Positions 1 to 14,100 of a stretch of 64,000 nt of DNA are shown here, piece after piece. The position numbers and the translations under genes were made by a program. This DNA is from Marsupella aquatica (Eukaryota > Plantae > Marchantiophyta), in contig OZ316897.1 of the NCBI GenBank assembly GCA_973895155.1, forward strand, positions 832,515 to 896,514. The letters run 5' to 3'. The number at the start of each line of letters is the position of its first letter. Within the stretch, counting starts at the first letter, position 1. Under the pieces are notes generated by a model. The model had not been told where the DNA came from. It was given only the letters and a program-made list of their open reading frames with translations, and searched no databases.

Positions 1-2607
1 GGTGAACTACTGTCTCAGCATGGGCGTAGCTCACGCCAGCTAGATCGTTCACCACAAATTTGTTATCTCGCCCTGGGACCTGTTGAAACCACACTGCCCT
101 CAAAGCTAAATCACCCTCGTTAAATTCCTCTCCATACGAGTCCTTGAAACTCTTCTTCACGGTGTGCAAAGTCTGCTCACATTGAAGAATGTAGAAGTCC
201 ACATTCCACTTGTTACCTATCTCAGCCTTCACTGCAAAGAAGTCACCTTGTTGAACCAATTCTCGGGGGTCTCACTATATGGATGCCTCCCCATCACCTG
301 CGACGTTTTTAGGCCTCGGACCCCCTAAAATGTAAGAAAAAAATTTATTTTTTTGACCCCTGTAAAGTTGGAATATTCTCAAAATATTCTAAAATTTTGG
401 TTATAAGGACCCTAATGTTCTTATAAGTCCCAAAATTGGATTTAAAAGACCCTATTGTTCTTCTCAGAAAATTCTTAAGTCTTCCCTTTGAACCAATAAA
501 ATGACCCTATACTTCGTCGCACGTGATATGCCATTTTTGTGGAAGTGAAACCCCCGAGAACCAATTCGGCCAGCAATCCATCCTCCCATTGGTACAGTCC
601 TTCCCCCACTCCCATTTCTTCCACATCAGTTCTCACGTCACTTGGTAGGACTCCTTTCACCATGACGAGCTTAAACTGTCCAGCCCAACTTATATTCTCA
701 CATTGCAAAGGTTCATCATCTAAGCAATGAGGACAAAAACAACAAAGTTCTTTGACTTGAAGGAGAGTTGATAGGCGGTTACTAAATCCATCAAAGCAGT
801 GTAAGGATCGGGAACCTGGGATAGGATCACAGTCCCATTTCTTCTTGCGATTGACAGCTCCCATTGGAATCTCCCAAAATAGGCGTCGAACAAGTTGGAC
901 GTCTCCATACTCCTTTTCTTGGCCCATAGCAAATTTCAATTGTCCTTGCAGAACAAAACCACATCATGGGCATTCTCCAATCGATGTCCATGGATTCCCT
1001 TCAGCTGTTCTCTCTCAATCCCTTGCTTTATGTGGCCTCCAAGGGCATCCTAAAAGCACACACCATAGTACTCATCTCTGGAAATGAAACTTGGATGAAT
1101 CAATATAGAACAACAAATTTACTATAGGGAACTTCAGCTTAAAACACAATCTGGAATGAGCGAACGTACATGTAAAGTAATATTGCAACTTACAGCGACA
1201 CCTTTTCCGTGCCCTGAAGCATGGAAATACCACTTCATTCGTGCACCAAATCTTTTGTAGTATCTGGATACATAATAAAAAGGTCTACAAGCCTTGAACT
1301 GTGAAGCAACCCCATCTGACCAGACCCAATGTTGCTCAAACTGAATTCCTTCCTCCCTCATCCACTGGTTATGAGCATCCATGCAATGTTGGACGAAGAG
1401 AGTGTCGTGACAATTGTCATCACTGATATAAAAATGATAATCTGCAATAATGTCTCGACCACCCTCCTCATCCAATGCCATCCGAACCATACTTCCAACA
1501 GCAGCCTCCAAAGATTCCACACAATCTTCTCTATGCCTATAAGTGACATGAATCAACAAAGTGACCTGTCTATTATCCCAGTGTTGACTCTGTATCTCAT
1601 TTTGGATTTTGAACGTGTAATTTTCAGAGAAATCAATAGATGACAGTATAGTTCCTCTAGGGAAAGTTTTCAAACAAAGTTTGAATTGTTCTGACTGCCA
1701 ACGTGCTCTGAAATTATGCACAATGAATGTCTTCATTGTATTCAAAACCTGACTCTTGAATTCACCCATTGAAGTTCTCTTAAACACCATTCTCAACCGT
1801 TTTGACTTTTTTGTAGCACTCTCGTCTGTTCCTTTTTTCTTCTCTCTCTTTTGCTGGGCTTTCTCATCTAACTCCAAATACTGAAATGTCTCCCACTCAA
1901 TAAATTGCTTGTCAACTGGATCTAAGTTAGATGTACACCAGTCCAACTTGTTGACACCACAATTCTTACAGGAACCCATGATACATTTCTTTCCATGCCA
2001 CTGCTTCCCCTCAGCTCTTGGACAAAGAGCTCCCTCTGTCCAGCCCCGTACAGATGTTATTGTTGTTCTAGAAGCTACACAACTCTACAAAGGAGCATCA
2101 ACTGATGTGCAAATGGGGCAATCACAAGAGCAATACATGAACATGAAAGCTCCTGTACCCTTTTGTAAGCCCTATTTGAATGTCATGGATAATGACAAAT
2201 TAACAAAATCTAACCTGGGTATCCTCCAGCCAATGCAACCCATGCTCCTCGTACACATTTATACTCAATCTTAGTCTAGCCTTGTCCTTGGCGCAAGGAG
2301 AGATTCGAGTATTTGATTCCCAAAACTTTTCCACAATTCTTTGGACTTCAGCTGAAATTTTGTCGCTTCTCACTTTCCTTTCCCCCATTGGAAACCTTAT
2401 CAAACAATTGGAATCTATGGACTTCCTCCTTCTTGAAGCTTTATATATGATTTGCCATTTGATACCCAAAGCCCCAGCCACTGAAGTTTGATACCTATTC
2501 ACTACTGTGGCCTGGCCTGCCAATGCAACTGTCAAGATCTGCTTTGCACCTAGATGGTCTTTCCGCTTTGCAGTCTTCACACAAGGAGGATATGCACAGT
2601 CAGGCAA
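1..2607 (-). pseudogene. Decayed, intron-containing DDD/E transposase, Sola-like; runs off the left window edge
   Basis: ORF 1134-1979 has DFSENY..Q.EIQSQHW..QVTL, ISDD..HD..FV, WSDG.ASQFK and W.F..SGHGKG motifs, preceded by a Cys-rich segment. It continues in ORF 475-939 (CFCPHC) and to the left of the MITE. Stops and frameshifts lie between segments. The superfamily label is from motif recall. Confidence 0.7.
262..558. mobile_element. 297-bp MITE, copy 1 (TIR CTCGGGGG...CCCCCGAG, 8-bp TSD AACCAATT)
   Basis: Begins ctcgggggtctcact and ends agtgaaacccccgag. aaccaatt at 254-261 and 559-566. An inverted near-copy lies at 31627-31923. Confidence 0.95.
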
Positions 2608-2924
2608 ATGGATGTTCCCTATACAGTGTTACTGGGAATCCTCTGCCTGATAACAAAGAAGTTGGGTTTGTGTACAAGTTAGGGAAATGTTACGCACTTT
2701 CCCAGGAATTCCCTAGCTACCTTGGGCTTCCCATGCTTAGTGAAGTTCGATGGTTTCCCGACTACTCTGAGAGTAACATACCTATGTGTATGTTACATCA
2801 CTGATTTCCCTACTCACTTTATATGGGAATAATGTGAAGCACATTCCAGATGGCATACTCAAGCCCATTTGATGGGTGCTCTAAACAACATCGGGCCTTC
2901 CATTGTAGGTTGGGAAATAGACTT

Positions 2925-3435
2925 TCTTCATGTATTCCCGACTTGTTTCCCTATATGTCATTGGCTAGTTACATCGTGTGAAGTCTAGTTAATTAACTCT
3001 TCTCAGGTGGTACTATTTGTACCCTTGGATCATTTTAAGATGATTTGCCATCGACACCATTAGATCTTCGTGGGTTGTGAAGGTGGGGATTACAATTTCC
3101 CGTCTGCTTCCCTACATGGCATTGGCTAGTTGCACTATGTCTAGTCCACCTAGTACTCCCCAGGTGGTACCATTTGTACCCTTGGATCATTTCAAGATGA
3201 TTTGTATCGGCACCATTAGATTTCCATAAGATATGAAGGTGGGGAAAAGGGTTTCCCTGTGTTTTTCCTTACTTGTATTAGCTAGTCACACTGGATCTAG
3301 CCAGTTAGCACACCCCACGTGGTACCATTTGTATCCACGGATCATTTCAAGATTGTTTGCATCGGCACTGCTAGATTTCCATAAGTAGGTAAATCGGGGA
3401 TTCCAATTTTCCCAGTCTATTTCCCTATATGGCAT
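2925..3435. repeat. Degenerate tandem repeat, ~156-bp unit x3
   Basis: ggatcattt(t/c)aagat recurs at ~3027, ~3184 and ~3339 with similar flanks. Confidence 0.75.
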
Positions 3436-3766
3436 TCCCTCAACCGATAAGCTCATTCACATTCAGATCACTTCCTCTTTCCACATGAATTTTATGAAAA
3501 CCCCCGTGAAAACCATTCAACAATACATCGTGTCTAGCTAAACACAATTCATGAGATTGACATAACCATCTGTTCTGAGCATTTAATTAATTCATTAATA
3601 ACCTCATTCGAGTGAACACACAAAAGAAGATTCGCAAAGTAATCGTACATCATTATGGATTAAACCACAATCACACCAGCTGTAACAAAATTGAGCTTCA
3701 CTGCATGATATATGGCATCAAGTCAACCACTGAACCTACATAAATTAGCATGCTATGAAATGTGAA

Positions 3767-6700
3767 TCAAAGTGAAATATTGATATCTGCCTCGCTATTC
3801 TTTACAACATTTTCCGGGAAGAGCCTCTGAATGCCATCCTTGAGGGGGGGCGGGTCTCTAATAATCACTACTTTATGAGCAATACACCATCTAGCCACCA
3901 TGTCGAGCAATTCAGGTGCAGTCTTCCCAGCGTGCTTTGTAAAGGGCTTTGGTGTTTTGTTGGACAGTTTATTTGTTTCACTAATAAATCCCTTCAACTT
4001 GGAATCCACTTCCGAGCACATTATCAATCCCATGGCTCTCATGCAGACCACTTGTTTGGAAGCTTCATTAAGTGCACCCACATCCTGCAAACACAAAATG
4101 AAAAGTTTCTGAGACATTAGCAATTTAGTACATACACTCACATCCTGCAAACGGAAAAAAAGAAGGAACATTTCTAAGACATTAGCAATTTAGTACACCC
4201 ACATCCTCCAAACCAAAAAAAGAGAAACGTTTCTAAGACATTAGCAATTTATTACCATCAAAACATTCACGTACAACATTTTCGTGCAGAGCAAGTCAAC
4301 AAAAATTACTTACTATGTTAACAGCTTCCATTCCCATCAACGTCGTCTCCTTTCTCGTCCTGCTTCCAGATGAAAATTGAATTTTGGCTGCTTTTGCCTA
4401 CGGATGGATGCCGCGGACAGAACAAAACCATGAGACAGAATAGTTCATCAATTAGCTCATCCAACAGATAGTTAGATCATCAAGATAAATTACACAGTTC
4501 TTCAGATTGCCTTACAACCCATATATCAAGCACTTTTCATTCAACGTACAGTACGTTCAGTAGACAACGTACTTACTATAGCAAGACTAAAAGACTATAA
4601 TTATATATAACCTGCCCTTGCTATTTTCTTTTGTTCAGAGAGCCAAAAAGAGAGCCAGCTGCACGTTGAGTCATGTGCGTAGCATACTTAGAGAGCTAAC
4701 AAAGCGGAAGGAAAATTATAGTAGTGAACGAAATTTTTGTTGCTACCATTTTGTTGCCAGTCAACAACTGGGAGCGTGCATCCTCTTGATCCTTTGTTGA
4801 AATAGCAGTAAATGTAGGTACATTTTCTTTGCCTGCATTTGTTCCCTTGCCTCTTCGTGGTCTCCCCAAGGATGAGGTCGAATTGATACCACCTATACTT
4901 GCAAGGACTCCACGGTGTTCCTGGTATTTCTCCATCTTAACCTGTCATGAATTATTGCAATTCAAAGGAAAACATAAAAGAGGAACAAGTGACCATTACT
5001 AACCATTAAACTTTTGCCAGGAAAGCATGTATACACTGAGGACCAGCCACGGCTCAGACATAAAGGTACACGGGTCCACATAAAAACCAGGCATAAACAG
5101 ACTCAAAACGGGCAGAAATCATATACTGATTATTACTAGAGAGGTGCTTGTGTGGACCTATACGTGGACTGATTTCACACACTCTTTTCCCATCAATAAA
5201 TAGTCTTAGAATTATATCTTATAGACATTGGGGATCAAGAAGTAAGAACAGCTATCACTACAAGTAAGACTGCAGAATATGTTAGATGAACTCAGCCCAT
5301 CAATAAATCTAGCTTCAACCTGATTTACAATAATATCGTCATTGTACAATAAATCCCATCACATGTCTACAAAACTAAGCCATTAATATTGATACTTAGC
5401 TAGGAAGAAGCCATCAGAGATTATATATTCCCACTAACGCTTGTGCATAACAGAACTCGGGTGATAGGGACCACCAAACCAGATCGAGCGTCTCTCAAAA
5501 CTAGTAAAGAGCAAGAAAGTTGGAATTAAAGTGGGCTGCTCATATATAGCTCAGATATACAAGAACTATCTCATAGGATAGACTGAATTGATATATTATA
5601 TTCAACATGCAATTAACTGACAAGATGTAAGGCCGCATTAGACAATATGATACCTAGACCAGTCGTAGTTTGTCAGATGCTATTGGTAAAGGAAGCTCCT
5701 CAATCGGTACTGATGGAGTAGGCTCCTCAATCTTCTGTCTCTTTACCTGCCATATAAATAGTAATTAAATGATCGACAATAGATTGAATCCAATTTGAGA
5801 GCAACAATTAATATTTTCAGACATTGATCGATCTTCTAGTACTACCAATGTCCAGTACGGTCGATACAAATTAATTGAGCCACAAACCTGCAAAGGCGCA
5901 TCATCCTCCTTATTGGTAAAAGTATCTGAATCTTGGGTAGAGCGAGATTCAATTGGGCAGCTGGTGTTGTCTCCGTCATTGTTCCTGAACAAATCAAGTG
6001 ACAAGTGACAAGTTTCTGAAGAGGATTCTACTCCTTGGCTGAAATAATCAGGATCCAGGAACTCAGTATTTCTGGAATCCAAAAGTTCATCACTGTCTTG
6101 AGTATCCTGTGTACCAGGGTCCACTTTTGGCTCAATCAACTTCTGAGCTTCTCCAAGGTGTAAAGAATGACATTGGGATGGGATTGGTGATACAAACTCC
6201 AAGCTTCTTTCCCTCTGGCCATTTGATCCTAAAGATTGGCTCTTCTGTGTGTGAGGAGGCTGCAACTGCCCACCATCCGTGGCCTCTTCAGGCCAGCCTC
6301 CTTCAGTCCACGTGCTATAGAAGGTGTGCCATCCTGGCCACACTAGAGTGGCTAGGTTTGGTGACATGGTACAATAGGAACGTGGAATGAAAATGGTCAT
6401 GCCCTGTAATAAACACAAAACGTACATAGATATTCAGGACTATATATAGGGCTAAAATCAAATTCTATAACAAGGGCTGCCCAGAATGTCTACCTAGCTT
6501 GCATGTAGATAGCGGTGACGAACTAAACTGGAACTAGATTTCAAATTCTAATGGAAGATGAGTAGAGAGGAGAGTCGGCCAGTAACCTGATTATATAGTA
6601 CATGGAAAGCCATGCACAGCTGCATACCCAACATATATTGGCTACAATAGATGAACTGGTATGAACAATCATATATATAGCTACGCAAGGGACAAGGGGA

Positions 6701-8494
6701 ATAGACATCACATAGAGTCCTCACCTCTTTTAATTGATGGACTTGGAAATGCTGAAGGCCTGTTAGGGTCATTCCTGGCACCCATAGGGCAGGTCCTTTT
6801 TCTGATGGTTTTGGGATCGAAAATTGAATGAACTTAACCTTGTAACATCTCACAGACTTGATGTCATGGACTGTGTGGATAGTTCCACAGCCAAATACCA
6901 TACCTGCAATGTGGTCATTGACTCGTGGACGGGCTCGTGGATTTCCATCATCTCCTAATTGCAACTGTGACTCTCTAGATTGCAGTTGTGCCAAGTCAGG
7001 TTTCAGAGTATGTGAAACAAATTGAACATAAAACTCTGGGTATTTTTTGCAATATTCAATGCACACAAGCTCATCAGTGTCTAGTTTTGCCAATTTCTCA
7101 AACTCATTGAGCTCTCGGGTCACTATCTCTCGTTTCGGACCACGAGGAATTGCATCTGGAATTGGCAAGGACTGTAAGTTAGATTAGATGAGTCTAGGCT
7201 ACCACTAATATACAATACATGGCATATGAAATGGGGCAAAGTAAAGAACAGATTGAAACACATTAGAGACTAATGATTTTTCAACTCATGAACTGGAACA
7301 TAACCGTACCTTCTTTCTTTTTGCTGACTGTTTTCCTCCATTCATGCTTCCTGTTTAATATCACCTCAAAAAGAAAATCTTCTGTCCAAGGCATCTCATG
7401 CTTAGCTCCTGTGGTGGGACACACAAATGGCAGAGGCACAAGTTCATTCATCTTAGTCTTGGCGTATGCTCTACATCTCTCTTTGACTCGAGTGTCATTT
7501 TTGTAATCTGCATCCATATATGAATAGATCTCTGCATTTGTGGCATATGCAGCAAACCAGCTTCGGACAGTCCTATAATTCTGAAGATGGGCCTTGTGTG
7601 CATCTCCATGTTGAGCCGCTAGCATTTGGCGTCCTCCTGGCTTGAAGATCTCCTCGGGAGCTGGATAAAATCTCTACAAATCCAAATAACAACAACAAAA
7701 TTTAGGGGCGCAACCCAAGTGAGCCATTGATTGAATGTACTATCAAAATGTCGACCCTATGTAACCCAAACATGCTATCGGCATACTCCATATTGAACAA
7801 GAGATATGAGGTCACAAACTGACCTTAGTTGGCGCTGCAACACAGAGTGGATCAGAGGTCGAGCAAGAGGTCGAGGAGCTTTGATCAAATTTCCTAAGAC
7901 TATCTCCAACCTCTGGTTGACTTGGCAGTCTTACATCACTACACTGTGATTTCTGCAATGGTGCTTGCGTCGGTCCTAGCTTTGTGGGTTCTGTGACAAT
8001 GGCGTTCATTCGTTTGCATTCGCCCAACCATTTACTCAACATCATCTTGTGCGGAAATGATTTGATGCCCACACATTCATAGAACATCGTCCACTCAGTG
8101 GGAGTCATCATGTAGAAGAAGCTATCTCCCGAGATGTGGTTGCTGATTATTGCCTCATTGTACATCGTTGTGTTCAGACATATGGCAATGTGGTCACATG
8201 ATTCCTGAGAACTAATGTCGTACCAAGCAGCCATGGTTCCTGTCGAAGAGATTCAGCCTAATGTTGAAGAGCTTTGTAAATCTAGTACTGTCTGCCAAGA
8301 GGGATCGCGGATTGCTTATGGTCGATAAAATGATGTGACAGCACATGGTCCATGTAAGTACCACTAACATAAAAATGCCCAAACTTCTCCCTGCCATAAC
8401 TAACAAAGAAGTTCCCAAACAGAGGAGTGCCCGAACTTCCCCGCCTCAGAATCAATTTCAAAGTCTTTTGAATTTTTTGAATTTTTTTGAACAT
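3767..8494 (-). pseudogene. Probable decayed multi-exon gene(s) of unknown function, possibly TE-borne
   Basis: Co-oriented minus-strand ORFs (8282-8494, 7812-8234, 7281-7625, 6548-7168, 5765-6427, 4696-4935, 3767-4171) with protein-like composition, several bounded by splice-like signals. No domain recognised. Confidence 0.35.
4081..4250. repeat. ~60-bp tandem repeat x3
   Basis: catcct(g/c)caaac...tttct(g/a)agacattagcaattta at ~4081, 4141 and 4202. Confidence 0.85.
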
Positions 8495-8514
8495 GCCGCT
8501 CGGCTCGCGCCCAA

Positions 8515-8750
8515 GAGTCCACAGTGTCCCATGCAGCTATGGGGAAAGGAGCATCTAGGAACCTGACAGGAAGGAACGCTAAAATAATTCATGCCCGACA
8601 ATGATAGAATTTATTTACTACGCTCGATCTTTTGTCTAGAGTCCACAGTGTCCCATGCAGCTCTAGGAAAGAGGAGCACATATCTAGGAACTTGACAAGA
8701 AGGAGCGCTAAAATAATTCACGCCTACAGTGACACGATTTAATTACTATA
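8515..8750. repeat. ~124-bp tandem duplication
   Basis: gagtccacagtgtcccatgcagct...gctaaaataattca at ~8515 and ~8639. Confidence 0.8.
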
Positions 8751-11158
8751 CTGTATATAGCATGTTCGTTCTAAGACAGAGCTATTTTAACTTATTGACA
8801 ATAATGTCAATTGTATCCTATGTAAATATCAAATAGCAATTATAAGCATAGTATTCAAATGCATTAAAACAGGGAATCAAATAAATAAATAGAATAAAAA
8901 TGCACACCTTTAAAGTGAAGAAACTACCGTACTTTTTAGGTGAAAAACAAATACATAACTTATAAGTCAATGTACCTTAGAGGTATAGTATTTTGTGGTT
9001 GACAGAAAAAATGTTAGCTTTATACTCTAGCTTAAGTTTGTACTCTACTTTTAGGCCCTGTTGAAGGCCCTATTGAAAGATTCACTATTTAGGTGACACC
9101 TGTTAGCCTCTAAACCATAAGGGTAGAAAAGTTTTTCACCAATGGACATATAACCTACAGGGCATCTCCGGTTTTTGTACTGGGTGCATCCAGGTGAGTC
9201 TGACCATCTCGTGCAATAGAGGATGAATGGCAGAAAAAAAATCTCATCAAATACATGATAAGCTATCACAATAAAACATATCAAATCAAATGAAATCATA
9301 AACTTAAAATAATTAAAGGGGTTAGATAATTTGTTAAATTCATACCAATACAAAGTGAAATGATACACTAGGCCAGATTTAAAAGAAAATTCAGAACTCA
9401 TATTTCTAATAAGACAAAATAAGGTAGAAGGTGTTCGCCATATAGCAATGTCGGAAAAAATCTAGTTTGTCAATATTTGACCACTACATAATTCACGGCC
9501 TACAGTGACACAGTTTAATTACTATAATATATACCGTCAATCACTGTTCGTACACAATTTTATTTATTTAGTGTTCTCATTTGTCAATATGTGACCACTA
9601 CATCTGACACCACCATCGCAAGCAACTGTGGTGGGGAGGAACAATACAAATTGAGGAATCTGTGGTGGGGGGTATCATAGGAGCCTCTAGGAACGGGGCA
9701 TATTTAGATTTATTTGTTAATTTCCTGGGTAAAATATTAAGATGACTCGTCAGTCACTAGTTGAATTATGAAAGCCACGTACTCTTGTATACTAGCTAAG
9801 TACTCTTGTATATACTAGTACTAGCTCAAGCGTTTCCAGTAGGGTAATATATTTGGAGTGGATATTAATGATCACATTGCTCTTCTCCAGAAGCAAAAGG
9901 GGTTGATTGGAATAATATTTGTGGTCCCTATAAATAGTATTTCCTTGCTAATTTTTCTTATCTTAGTTCTCTGGAAAATAATTTAAAAATCTGGTCTTAT
10001 TTTTCCCTCTATGTGAGACGTCAATCTCTAATTGTGTGCACCTTAAATAACATGTTTTTAAAATCACCAGGTGTAACATATGATATTCAAACATGAGACT
10101 TGCTTTGCAGGTTCCATCAATCTGGCTTTGCAGGTTGTAATAAAAATTATCTTTAGCTTGTAATATATGAGGCTTCTGCGCTTCACTTATTTGGAAATAT
10201 AATGAATCTTGAAGTGTTGAAGACATTAGAGTATATCGCCCAACATTTACAACATTTTGTTTCAATTTTCTGTTTGGCGTTCTAGGCCAAAATTTAATTT
10301 GTATATATGTAAGCGTTTCCAGATTGGAGTGACAAGAATATGGTAAGTTTGCCTAGGGAAATACATTAATGGCACTTGCTACCAATAGCTTGTTTCTTGC
10401 TCCAAATATAAATCAATACTTTGTGTTATTGTTCAAATGATATTAATTAAAATAAGACTGCACAATTTTGGCGCTGGTTAATATGGATTCTTTTGGATTT
10501 TATGCCAAGTGTAATTTCAATAATAACAACAGGTAAGTTGGTGGATGGTAGCTAGGCAATACACATTTGGGACCCCACCACATACAACTGTAGTGGGGAG
10601 GATCATAGAAACCAGCAATGTTACGGGTGCGAAGGATCATAACAGTCTCTAGAAATGTGACGATCGAGAAGGAGGGCTAAAATTCTGGCTACAGTAGACA
10701 ACTTCATTATTGTGCTCTTTTGTCAATGATTTGTGCTAGAATTCTGGCTAAGTTCTTGCTGACTATATAATGGGACAATTCAATTACTGTTTCCTTTTTT
10801 GTCAATGACCTAAGAAACTATGATGGCAAAACTAAAGGCAGCGCAGGATCCATGACCAGAATAAAGGCAAAATGCATGTTGTTGTAAATTCTCTCTTGAA
10901 TTTCCTAGGAAAAATATACACACTTTTCATATACAAAGGGACCAAACAGAGTACAAATGAACAAACAAAAGAGGGCCCAAGTGGACAAAACCAATCGAAA
11001 AAGAAGTGAGCAAAAGGGAACCACTAAACACCAAGAAAGAGGAACTAAAAGTAAGAAATGAACAATAGGGAACCCCTAAAAACCAAGAAAGAGAGAGAGA
11101 CTAAAACTAACCCAAGCGGACCGAGGTCCTCATCATTCCTACCGATTGTGGCAAAAAG

Positions 11159-14100
11159 CTAATGGTCCACATCAAGAGTCAAAACTAGATCGGCAAGTGG
11201 GATTGGAACATCCTCAAGGGGAGCTAGCCGCTGCGGAGGCACACTAGCACCCACTGTAAGAGATCGACGATAGATGGCCTGAGCTTGAGCACGCTGTAAG
11301 GTGACTGAAATGCGTTGGCGAAAGTGCGTGGTCAAAATAGAAAGCGGGGGTCCGGTGGGACCCATTCGGCCATGAACATCCCGGGCAGCTTGCCGAAGAA
11401 GCCCATCAAACTGAGGATGAAGACGCCCAAATAGCTCCACAGCAAGGGGGAGGAAGCTGTCGGATGAAGCTCGTGCAGCATATTTGGCCTCCTTCGTTGT
11501 TGCCGCACGTGACGCTGCTGCCCCTGCCGTAGTTGCCGCTGTCCCAATGATGTCTTGGCGCAATGGGTTTGCCACCACAACATCTGCCAAAGTACGTTGA
11601 CCCTCACGGACCATGGTAAGATCCACCCGTAACCGCTGTGATGGAGGACCAGGTAACTCGAGTACCACCTCCCGCCGCACGCATACCAAAGAGCCAGAGA
11701 GAACCTGAGCAGTCGCATCTCGCACAGCGTCGTGAACAATAATGGTTTCACCTCCCAAACTGCACCGAAGAAGATGGACACCTGTGGCATCACAAGGCTT
11801 CCCACAAGTGCAAGAAGGAGGTAAACCTGCAAGAAGTGGGTGGGGCAGCCCCAGACAAAGACGCATGGCTGTGGAGAACTCCGTTGAAGACATCCGCAAA
11901 TGAGGAATGACTGGATTGGCCTGAAGCCATCCACCTGCGCCCTTCCCTCCGGAAGAAAGAATCCGAGCTCGGTCCGTGTCAGGTGCCTCGGAGAGGATGC
12001 TGGAAAGGGTGAAAGTGTGCATACGCCCAGCGAGGTCTGCCTGAAGACGAACGGGATCCAAGGATAAAAACTCCTGGAAAGAAGGTAACGCGGCGCGAAC
12101 GGGATCTGGTAATGAGGACCGCGCTGCGCGCAAATGAACCTGAAACGGGAGGGAACCCTCCTCTACCTCCATGAGAGATGAAAGTAAAAAAGGGCGATCC
12201 TCAATAAGAAAACGATCGGCCAACAACGAGAAGGCGGCCGCCCATGCACCCAAAAAGGCCAAAGGTGCAAGGCTCTCAATGGAAGTAAGCCCAAAACCAC
12301 CCTGCGAAATAGGAAGACTGAGTTGTCGATGAAGCCACGGAGATGAGAGCAACGTACCCGGACCTAAAAGAGAGGCCAGGGTCTGACGAATGGAGACATC
12401 AAATGCTCGAAGGTGGAGACAAAGATCCTCGGTAGGGGGATGCGTCCTAGCCAGATAAGACGCACGAGGGTGGATGCACCTCAACAACATCCCAAATGCT
12501 GCCTGAGAATCTGCTAACTTAGGGAGCATAGGAGTATGGGCTAAGGCAGCCTGTATAGAGTCAGCGATGAAAGATGAGCAAAAGGAGGCGGTACCGACTG
12601 GGGAGCCAAGGACCCGAAGACCATCGGCTGGACGTAAGAACCCTAGGGGAAGCACAAGATCAGAGGGTAACCTAGCTGGACTCCATGCACGACTCTTCAC
12701 AGGCTGAACTCGTAAACCGAGGCCCATCAAATGGGTGGAAAGAGTGGCGAGGGCAAAAGTAACCGCGGCAGGAGGACCAATGATGTGGGTGTCATCTGAA
12801 AGGGAGGGGAAGATACACTGGGGGTGGGCCATGGCAGCTTCCCGTAAAGCTGTAAAATGGGCAATGGCAAAAAGAGGCCCACCCAAAGGGTCACCCTGAC
12901 GTGTACCTTCTGCAGAGGAAAGAGTGGTATACACACCTGTAGAGGAGTGATGACTATAGAAGAGTGGGGCCTCGAGTCCATAAAAACAACGGACAAAGGG
13001 GATCAGGGACTGGATGTCTGGATCCGCCGCCCTCAAAGCACGAAAATGGCTGCCCGAGAAACCGTATTAAAAGCGTTAGAGACATCAACCTGGAGGACAA
13101 CCCAATCAGGGTGGAGGTCCAATGTAGCTCGAATACCCACAATAACCGTCTCACAACCGCCAGGAACGCCAACTGCAAACTGATGTGGAGAGAGATGATC
13201 CGATAGTGCAGAGCGAAACTGTGAGGAAAGTGTGCGAGACACAAGACGAAGAAAAACCTCCCCAATAGCAATTGGCCGAACACCCGGCGAAGACTTAGCC
13301 ATGGCCAATAAACGAGAAGCACTCAAGAGCCAAGAGACGGGAGGAGGCAAACGACCGGCTGCAATACACTGGCAAAAGGAGAAGAAAACTGGAAAACCAA
13401 ACTGAGGATCCTCAGGGGGGAATAAATCACGAAAATGCTCAAAGACATAGCCGGAGGGGCCACCAGCAGAACAACGCGGGGCATGGAGGAAGGCATAGGT
13501 GAAGTGGTCCCTACTAAACTGAAGATCCTCCTCAGGCTCAAAATCCTCGACAAGCAAAGGGAGCTGATCATGGGGCTGCGGATGGAGATCCTGAAGGGCC
13601 AACGAGGTGACCTCGCCAGGGGGGGCTGGTGTGGTGGGAGAAAGGGCCTGGACAGCCCGACGATATTCACCAGCCTGGGCTAAACGACAAGAGCGACGAA
13701 GACGTCTATGCTCAGGGGGATGAGAGTGGCGAGCTGGGTCAGACAAAGCACGGGCGGTAAAAGACCGGGCGCGAAGAAAGTACTCTTCCTGAAGCTGCTC
13801 CCAATCTCCCCGTAAAAAACGATGGATACGAGAGGCAGTCTCACGGTGACCCACACGACCACCATGACTAGGGAGGGTAAGAGTCCACTGTGGAAAAAGC
13901 ATCAGTAAAGACCAATAGGAGACCTCCATAGGATGCGCCAAGATAAGCTGCATGAGTTGCAACAAGGAGGACCGAACTATAGGGCGCAACGCCAGAGGAA
14001 TGTGGTTATAAAGGCGAGGTCTAATGTACCCTGGATGGTAGGCTGGAAGGGGGTCTAGAGTGCGAACCCAACTCCATGCCTGCTCGGGAGCCTCCAAGGA

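Noticed and set aside
9051-10265. ORFs 9051-9401 and 9963-10265
   Set aside because: AT-rich, no motifs, and composition typical of non-coding DNA.
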